A stretch of 64,000 bases of DNA. Source: a bacterium (GTDB taxonomy: Bacteria; SAR324; NAC60-12). Numbering within the stretch: the first letter of the stretch is position 1; the number at the start of each line of letters is the position of its first letter. The stretch spans positions 736,001 through 800,000 of the forward strand of contig CBDBHR010000030.1 in assembly GCA_965205865.1 (NCBI GenBank), given 5' to 3'. This document shows positions 56,507 through 64,000 of the stretch, piece after piece. The position numbers and the translations under genes were made by a program. The notes beneath the pieces were generated by a model. It did not search any database. It was not told the origin of the DNA and saw nothing but the letters and a program-made list of their open reading frames with translations.

Positions 56507-57466
56507 GTGCGGACATATATAATCCGAAGACTGTTATTGATTATTCCCACCGCCCTCATTGTGACCATCATCGTCTTCTTTACGTTTCGTCTCATCCCCG
56601 GGGACATAGTAGACCTGATGGCGGCGTTGCAAATAAGTCAGGGAAGCGGATCGGGTGACCAACGGGAGGCGTTGAGGCGCGAACTCGGGCTGGATCTGCC
56701 GATTCATATCCAGTATGGCCGTTGGTTATCAGGTGTGCTGAGAGGGGACCTGGGAAAATCCTTATGGACAAAACTACCGGTAGCCGAGAACATCATCAAT
56801 CGATTGCCGGTATCCCTTGAAGTTGGCATCCTGGGCTTAATCATATCGTTGGCCATCGCCTTACCCGTGGGCGTCTTGTCCGGCATGCGGCCGGAAACGA
56901 ACATGGATTATCTCCTGCGTAGCATAGCCATCCTCTTTATCTGCATTCCCAATTTCTGGCTGGCGACGATCGTTTTGATCTACCCGTCCGTCTGGTGGGC
57001 CTGGTCGCCACGGATGACGTATATTTCTTTCATGGAGGACCCCCTTGCCAACCTGGGCATGTTCATCATCCCGGCTGCCATCCTGGGGATGTGGCTCTCG
57101 GGAGTCACCATGAGACTGATTCGCACCATGATGCTGGAGGTGCTCAGGGAGGATTACGTCAGGACGGCCTGGGCCAAGGGGCTGAAGGAGAAAGTGATCG
57201 TGCTGAGGCATGTCCTGAAGAATGCGCTGATCCCGGTGGTCACCATGCTGGGGCTTCAGCTACCCGTCATGATTGGTGGTGCGGTGATTGTGGAGTATAT
57301 TTTTTCTCTGCCCGGGCTGGGTTCGCTCACGGTCGACGCGATTAATCGGCGAGACTATCCCATTGTCTCCGCAATCAATCTGTTTGTCGCGGGCTTTGTG
57401 CTCGTGATTAATATCCTCGTGGACATCAGCTACGCCTGGCTTGACCCCAGGATCAGGTATCAATAG
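56507..57466 (+). CDS. DppB-like ABC permease, cassette 5
   Basis: EDYVRTAWAKGL, HVLKNALIP, DPRIRY. Confidence 0.93.
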   Translation: MRTYIIRRLLLIIPTALIVTIIVFFTFRLIPGDIVDLMAALQISQGSGSGDQREALRRELGLDLPIHIQYGRWLSGVLRGDLGKSLWTKLPVAENIINRLPVSLEVGILGLIISLAIALPVGVLSGMRPETNMDYLLRSIAILFICIPNFWLATIVLIYPSVWWAWSPRMTYISFMEDPLANLGMFIIPAAILGMWLSGVTMRLIRTMMLEVLREDYVRTAWAKGLKEKVIVLRHVLKNALIPVVTMLGLQLPVMIGGAVIVEYIFSLPGLGSLTVDAINRRDYPIVSAINLFVAGFVLVINILVDISYAWLDPRIRYQ

Positions 57467-57480
57467 AGGAGAAGAGGGAA

Positions 57481-58419
57481 ATGGCGCTTAGAGATGAGGA
57501 GTTGGCAACGCAAGCAGCCGTACAGGTAAAAAGGAGACCGCTTCGTAACTTCCTGTCCAGGCTCTTCCGGGAGAAGAAGCTGGGTGCGGTTGGCTTGATT
57601 ATCGTCCTGGCATTTCTGGTGGTGGGTATCTTTGCTCCCCTGATTGCCCCCCATGGCATGTACGACTATAACCTGATGCATGTGATGGAAGGCCCCTCAG
57701 CCGAGTTTCTCATGGGGACAGATCAGTACGGGCGAGACCAGGTCAGCCGTATTATCTACGGGGCTCGTATCTCTATGATTGTCGGGCTTTCCGCCGGTGT
57801 TCTTGCGGTGGGGATTCCTATTTTTCTTGGCATTTTCTCAGGGTACTGGGGCGGTAAGTTTGACCTCATTTTGCAGCGGTTTGTTGATGCCGTACAGTCT
57901 TTTCCATGGCTTTTCATTATCCTGGGCGTCATGTCTCTGCTGGGACCCGGTATGGTCCAGGTCATCCTTGTTTTGGGGGTGTTTTGGGGTATCACCAATA
58001 CCAGGATGGTCAGGGGCGTGGTTTTGAGCACCAAGGAGAACGTGTATGTACAGGCAGCGATTGCTACTGGCTGCAGCACCTGGAGAATCCTCTTTAGGCA
58101 CATCCTGCCTAATATTTGGGCGTCGGTCATCGTTTTGTTTACCGTTACCGTCGGTTCAGCAATTATCGCCGAGGCCACCATCAGCTTCCTGGGATTTGGG
58201 ATTCCTCCACCCCAGCCCAGCTGGGGCGGCATGCTTAGCCTGGAAGGCCGTAAATATATGTACCAGGCTCCCTGGCTGGCATTGTGGCCCGGTCTCTGCC
58301 TGGCCATCGTCGTCTACGGGGTAAACATGTTCGGCGATGCGCTCCGGGACCTGCTCGATCCCAGGCTGAGGGGGGGCGTTGGGCGTTTGGGCGCCTTTGA
58401 CACGAAGTTGCTTAAGTAA
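57481..58419 (+). CDS. DppC-like ABC permease, cassette 5
   Basis: MGTDQYGRD, RHILPN, EATISFLG, GDALRDLLDPR. Confidence 0.93.
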   Translation: MALRDEELATQAAVQVKRRPLRNFLSRLFREKKLGAVGLIIVLAFLVVGIFAPLIAPHGMYDYNLMHVMEGPSAEFLMGTDQYGRDQVSRIIYGARISMIVGLSAGVLAVGIPIFLGIFSGYWGGKFDLILQRFVDAVQSFPWLFIILGVMSLLGPGMVQVILVLGVFWGITNTRMVRGVVLSTKENVYVQAAIATGCSTWRILFRHILPNIWASVIVLFTVTVGSAIIAEATISFLGFGIPPPQPSWGGMLSLEGRKYMYQAPWLALWPGLCLAIVVYGVNMFGDALRDLLDPRLRGGVGRLGAFDTKLLK

Positions 58420-58463
58420 AGTGCTCAAGAGAAAAGAAGCAAAGGCTATTCAATGAAGGTGAA

Positions 58464-58832
58464 GGGGTCAGGCTTGCAAGTTTGCAAATTTAAGAAAACG
58501 TTTTTAGGTTGAGTTCTTTTAACCGCTTTTGGAGATTTGTGGATTCCTTCAATCTTTCTCACAACTTATGCACTCCACGAATGATAGTAGAATCATCTCG
58601 ATTGAGAGCATTTGCCACTCCCCGGATTGTTGCAGATTTCCAATCGAAAACTGATAAAAGCGACGAGAGTCGCTGTCATCGAAAAAGTATGTTGCCCCCC
58701 ATTGCCTCGAAGTATCACATGATAAAGCGCACCAGGGTAGTACAAACGTGGTTTCCGAGACAATTTGGCAAATTGAAAAAGGTTAAAATTTAAAAAAATA
58801 CTCTATTTTTGCAAACTTGCAAGCCTGACCCC
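58464..58832 (-). mobile_element. MITE derived from a RAYT/Y1 transposase element, 25-bp terminal IR
   Basis: IR GGGGTCAGGCTTGCAAGTTTGCAAA; minus strand reads SRKPRLYYPGALYHVILRGNGGQ fused to a C-terminal HTH scrap. Confidence 0.85.
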
Positions 58833-59136
58833 GATTCGAAAATACCATTGTACGAGCATGACCCTCAACTCCAATCTTATCCGCAAATATAGCTTGATCC
58901 TATCTTACCAATTTTATAAAAACCCATTTATGAAAATCATAAAATTCTATCCGGGTGTTTTGTATGGGGAACATGAGAAAAACTTGAACGATCATTCGGA
59001 ACTAAATGCAAGAAAACGATTTAATCAATAAAAATGCTGTCATTGAAGGAACAATCTTCGACTGTCTCCAAATCGACAAACTGCTTAAAACATCCTCAAA
59101 TTCAGGGATATATTAAAACTGTCCAGACTTAATAAG

Positions 59137-62100
59137 ATGCGTTTCATGCATCCGGAAGCAATCTTTTCGTCCTATTTGAGTGATCTCGCCGCTGTGGCCC
59201 AACAAGGCGATGCCCGGGAGGAGAGTTTTTACCCGGCGCTTGCTGAAATGCTGAAGCAAATCGCCAAAGCGACCGGGAAATCGCATATACACGTGACCAC
59301 CCTTCCCAGACCGACCGACGGGGGGAATCCGGATTTTCGTCTCTGGAATGGCAAAGATCACATCATCGGCTATATCGAAGCCAAGAAACCGAGCGAAGAG
59401 CGACTGGACAGTATCGAGAAATCCGAACAGCTCAAGCGTTATCGATCCACGTTTCCGAATCTCATACTTACCAACTTTCTCGAATTCCGCTTGTACCGTA
59501 ATGGCAACCTCGAGCGTTCGGTTCTGGCAGCCCGGCCATTCGTACTCAACACCTTGCATACGACACCGGCCCTTGAAAAATCCGGTGAACTATTAGCCCT
59601 TTTCGAGCACTTCCTGGATTTTGTTTTACCCCAAACGTTCACGGCCGAATCGCTTGCCATTGAGCTGGCAAAACGTACGCGCCACCTGCGCGACGTCGTC
59701 GCCGAGCAGTTTCAAGACGAACGGCACAAACGAGGTATGCTATCCGGCTTTTTCGAAGCCTTCCAGACCTATCTTATCGGCTCACTTACAAGTGAGGATT
59801 TTGCCGACTTGTTCGCCCAGACCATTTCCTATGGACTTTTCGCTGCCCGTATCCGCGCCGAAAATGGTTTCAACCGGCGTGCCGCTTTCGACAACATTCC
59901 CCACACAATCGGTGTCTTGCGTGACCTTTTCCGCTTCGTCTCACTAGGCGATTTTCCTGCCGCCCTCGCCTGGTGCGTGGATGACATTGCAGAGGTGCTG
60001 GCCGTGGCAGATGCCCCCGGAATTCTGGATCATTACTACCAGGAAGGCAAGGGCAATGACCCGATCGTGCATTTCTACGAGACCTTTCTCGCGCAGTACG
60101 ATCCCGAAGAACGTGAACGACGCGGAGTTTACTACACTCCCGAACCGGTGGTGAAGTACATCGTTCATTCCCTTCATGGCCTTCTCAAGACGGAATTCGG
60201 CCGGCACGATGGTCTCGCTTCCGATGGCGTGACCCTCCTCGATCCGGCGGCGGGAACGATGACATTCGTCGCCCGAGCCGCCCAACAGGCGGTGTCCGAA
60301 TTCGAGGCTAAATATGGCAGTGGTGGCCGGCAAGACTTCATCCGTCACCATATTCTGAGAAACTTCTATGCCCTCGAATTGATGATGGCACCCTATGCTG
60401 TTGGCCATCTCAAAATGAGTTTTATTCTGGAAGAACTCGGCCACCGTCTCGAGGACAACGAACGTGTTCCGTTCTACCTCTCCAATACCCTCGACATGGA
60501 AGAATTGGAAGAAAGCCATTTTCCGGGACTTTCCGCTCTTGTCGAGGAATCCCGGCTGGCTGGAACGATCAAAAAACAGGCCCCGATCCTGCTCATCCTT
60601 GGTAATCCTCCCTATTCGGGTCATTCCAGTAACAGGGGCGAGTGGATACGGAAGATGATCGAAAATTACAAACAAGTGGACGGGAGTCCCCTGGGAGAGA
60701 AAAACCCGAAGTGGCTGCAGGATGACTACGTCAAGTTCCTGCGATTCGCCCAGTGGAAAATCGAGCAAGCCGGGCAAGGTATCGTCGGCATGATCACCAA
60801 TCACAGCTACCTCGACAATCCCACTTTTCGTGGCATGCGGCGGAGTCTGATGCATACATTCGATGACATCCATATCCTCGACCTGCACGGCAACTCTCTC
60901 AAGAAGGAGAGATGCCCGGATGGCAGTCCCGACCAGAATGTTTTCGATATCCGTCAGGGCGTGACCATCGCCTTCTTCATCCTGCGAGGCGGAAAAAAAG
61001 AAAGTGATGCCCGGGTTTGGCACGCGGAACTCCACGGGACGCGCGCGAGCAAGTATGACTGGCTGGATGCTCATGACCACGGTGACACTGGCTGGCGCAA
61101 ATTAAACCCCACTGCCCCGTTCTACCTGTTCATACCCCGTGACGATGCGCTCGCAGTTGGTTATCAGCGATTTATCCCGGTTCCCGACATTTTTCCGGTC
61201 AACAGCGTCGGTATCGTGACCGCGAGAGATCACCTGACGATTCGCTGGTCGAAACAAGAGGTGTGGGAAACCGTCCGTCCTTTTTCGGGATTGGACCCGG
61301 AACTGGCCCGGCAGGGTTATGCTCTCGGTAAAGATACGCGAGACTGGAAAGTGACGCTGGCGCAGAAGGACTTGCGGGACTCCGGTCTCAAACATCAAAA
61401 AATCGTTCCGATCCTTTATCGACCCTTTGACGTGCGCTACACCTATTACACCGGCCGGTCACGCGGTTTCATCTGCATGCCTCGTCCTGAGGTCATGCGC
61501 CACATGTTGGCTGGGGAGAATTTGGGACTAATGATGCCTAAACAACATAAGAATGAATTTGGCGCTTTAGTAACTCAATTCATTAGCGCTCACAAATCGG
61601 TTGCAGCATACGATATCAATTATCACTTCCCTGTCTACATTTACCTCGCGACAGACCACAATAATCTTTTCGCTCAAAACGAGTCAGCCGAACGAAAGCC
61701 GAACCTGAACTCCGAGTTGGTGACGGCACTGGCGAAGGCGCATGACAAAAAACCCTCTCCCGAGGCGATCTTCCACTACGTCTACGCTGTTTTGCATGCC
61801 CCGGCATATCGCAATAAATACGCTCAATTCTTGCGCACCGATTTCCCGCGTATCCCGTTTACTACAGACAAAGATTTGTTTGACAAGCTCGCCGGTCTGG
61901 GTTCACGACTGGTCGCCTTACATCTCCTCGAGTCACCGGAACTCGATCCGCCAACCTGCCACTTTGAAGGCGAAGGTAACGATACAGATGGTTGCACGGA
62001 CAAAGGCGCAGGGCTTTCGCTACGACGCCGCTGAGCAACGTATGCACGTCAACAGAACGCATTACTTCAGCCCCCTCCCTCTGGAAGTTTACGAATACCG

Positions 62101-62283
62101 CATCGGTGGCTATCAAGTCTGTGAAAAATGGTTGAAAGACCGCAAGGAACGTCGTCTCAAACCACCGACATCCGTACCTACTGCCGGATGGTGACTGCCA
62201 TCGAGCGCACAATCACAATCCAACAACAGCTTGACATTGCTTATGCCGATTTGGAAGATAACTGCGTGTCGCTCAAGGAATGA
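59137..62283 (+). pseudogene. Type IIG/ISP-like fused restriction-modification enzyme (no helicase), frameshifted in the last ~100 codons
   Basis: PDF..GYIEAK nuclease, GVYYTP, LDPAAGT, GNPPY, YRPFD, DFPRIP; IGGYQVCEKWLKDRK in another frame. Confidence 0.85.
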
Positions 62284-62576
62284 ATGTATACTACTCGTCA
62301 ATCACTATGCTAAAAAAGTGACTGGACAGGAAGAGATTCCAATGAACGGTTCACAACGCTTTATACGATTTGAGGTACAACCTGATGAACCACCACATTT
62401 AACGGTTAAATAGCTTTTTCAGAATTACTAATATTTTCTGTATATTCTCATAGGAAAATTTACATTCCTGCCTCGGTAGATAAAGAGGGCATAGAAGTTT
62501 CTCAGAATGTGGTGGCGGATAAAGTCTTCTCGGCCATTACTACCATATTTAATCTCGAATTGGGCACTGCATTGGC

Positions 62577-62890
62577 TTTAATGACGATAAAGCCAGTAAC
62601 CGAAATAATGTGCTTCATAGACCACTTCCATAGGGAGCGCGTTGAAGGGAATCTACAGCTTTTGTGACGCCGACCAACTAGCCGGTATCGACTGAAAGCT
62701 CATCTCCATTCAAGGTGCGGAGGGTTACGTGAAAACTCTTCTTATGCGCATCAATGCCAACAAATAGGGTTTGACCTGATAAAGATTCAATGTAAACTTT
62801 TTCCATGACAGTCTCCTCTAAAGGTTGTTTGTAATTTGAGAAATTTCATTTTTTATCACACTCTTCGGAAGCTGTCTGTTTTACATAGTA
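62577..62890 (-). mobile_element. IS110-family left-end remnant
   Basis: FVGIDAHKKS..VYEAHYFGYWLYR with stops; ATG at 62806. Confidence 0.75.
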
Positions 62891-62926
62891 AATATGTGGA
62901 CTATTTTTCAGGCTGTGGCTCATGAA

Positions 62927-63284
62927 GGGGTAAGGCTTGCAAGTTTGCAAATTTAAGAAAACGTTTTTAGGTTGAGTTCTTTTAACCGCTCTTGGAGATT
63001 TGTGGATTCCTTCAATCTTTCTCTCAACTTATGCGCTCCACGACTGATAGTAGAATCATCTCGCTTGAGAGCATTTGCCACTTCCCGGATTGTTGCAGAT
63101 TTCCAATCGAAGACTGATAAAAGCGACGAGAGTCGCTGTCATCGAAAAAGTATGTTGCCCCCCATTGCCTCGAAGTATCACATGATAAAGCGCACCAGGG
63201 TAGTACAAACGCGGTTTCTGAAACAATTTGGCAAATTGAAAAAGGTTAAAATAAAAAAAAATACCTTATTTTTGCAAACTTGCA
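62927..63284 (-). mobile_element. Second copy of the RAYT-derived MITE; right IR cut by a group II intron
   Basis: Near-identical to 58464-58821. Confidence 0.88.
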
Positions 63285-63705
63285 GTCACCGTAAAGAACT
63301 GACTTATAGTGGTTTCCAGCCACCTTTCGTCATTCCTCCGGTACAGATCCGGACGTGCGCTGCTAATGCATCCGGCTCCTGCTTCGAGTCAGACGCTCAA
63401 ACGTTGCCGTTTGGCGCACCCTGCTTAAACCGCTCTCTGATTTTACCGGCCTCTGAGTTCCGAACACAGGAGGGCAAGCAGAATTCCTCTCAGCCAAGTC
63501 CCTTTGCTCCACAGGCTCCGTTGATTTCCTTTGCATTATTACTCTCTACAAATGATCTCATTGTTCGCCGCTTCATCGCTACTACGAACTTGTCCGACTT
63601 CCTGAAGACGTAGATATCGGGGTTATTTATTAATTTTCCCGATCCGACTACCAATAGAATGTTGACAGTCGTCTTCAGGATCTCCCAGGTTCCGATCAAG
63701 AAACT
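63285..63705 (-). mobile_element. 5'-truncated ORF-less group II intron (empty allele of the outer twintron)
   Basis: Reverse complement matches 52506-52634 joined to 53544-53835. Confidence 0.9.
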
Positions 63706-63869
63706 CATTTTAGAAGTGGCTTATGATTTTGACAACTCTCCTCTCAACTCAACATATCTTTATCCGTACAGGTCGAAATTTTTTATTAACGCCAAACCCG
63801 TTGATCAGATGGGCACCAACGACTGCCGGCATGTGATAAACAGTCGGTCCAATTGCAAGCGCTCAAATG

Positions 63870-64000
63870 TCCGTCAAGCGGAACTCGACAAGCACGGCAA
63901 GAACCGCACCTTCCACATGCGCAGCGATGCCGGCCACGCCTTCTTCGCCGATTACCGCCCCAGCTACTGCGCCACCTCGGCTCAGGACATGTGGCTATAC
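63870..64000 (+). pseudogene. Dienelactone hydrolase C-terminal fragment
   Basis: ELDKHGK..FH...DAGHAFFADYRPSY; runs off the window. Confidence 0.65.

Noticed and set aside
60292-62570. DGR template/variable repeat pair in the R-M region
   Set aside because: Differences are not adenine-specific and there is no DGR reverse transcriptase.

Overview
Bacterial window with an AT-rich housekeeping backbone: aroE-xseA, then ddl-trmL-yciO-dnaN-recF-gyrB-der-pilC opposite U32 peptidase-ccmA-dprA-smpB-cca-uxs, then recA. It looks deltaproteobacterial/SAR324-like, but that is inference only. Two large accessory tracts (about 2.4-11.1 kb and 29.7-64 kb) interrupt it. They hold five GC-richer, ATPase-less family-5 (Dpp/Opp-type) ABC transporter cassettes, many IS/MITE/REP remnants, gene scraps, a frameshifted P450 and a frameshifted Type IIG/ISP-like R-M gene. 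Main observations: (1) a ~240-bp promoter + structured-RNA + U-tract module, usually in tandem and bounded by IS-like ends, sits upstream of all four intact substrate-binding-protein genes, three of which also share a closely related signal-peptide cassette, suggesting a portable 'expression kit' for acquired transporters; (2) an ORF-less group II twintron (52.4-53.8 kb) whose empty allele is in the same window (63.3-63.7 kb); (3) RT-less group II introns inserted at fixed positions in two different REP-like families. All calls come from reading the sequence; no searches were run.
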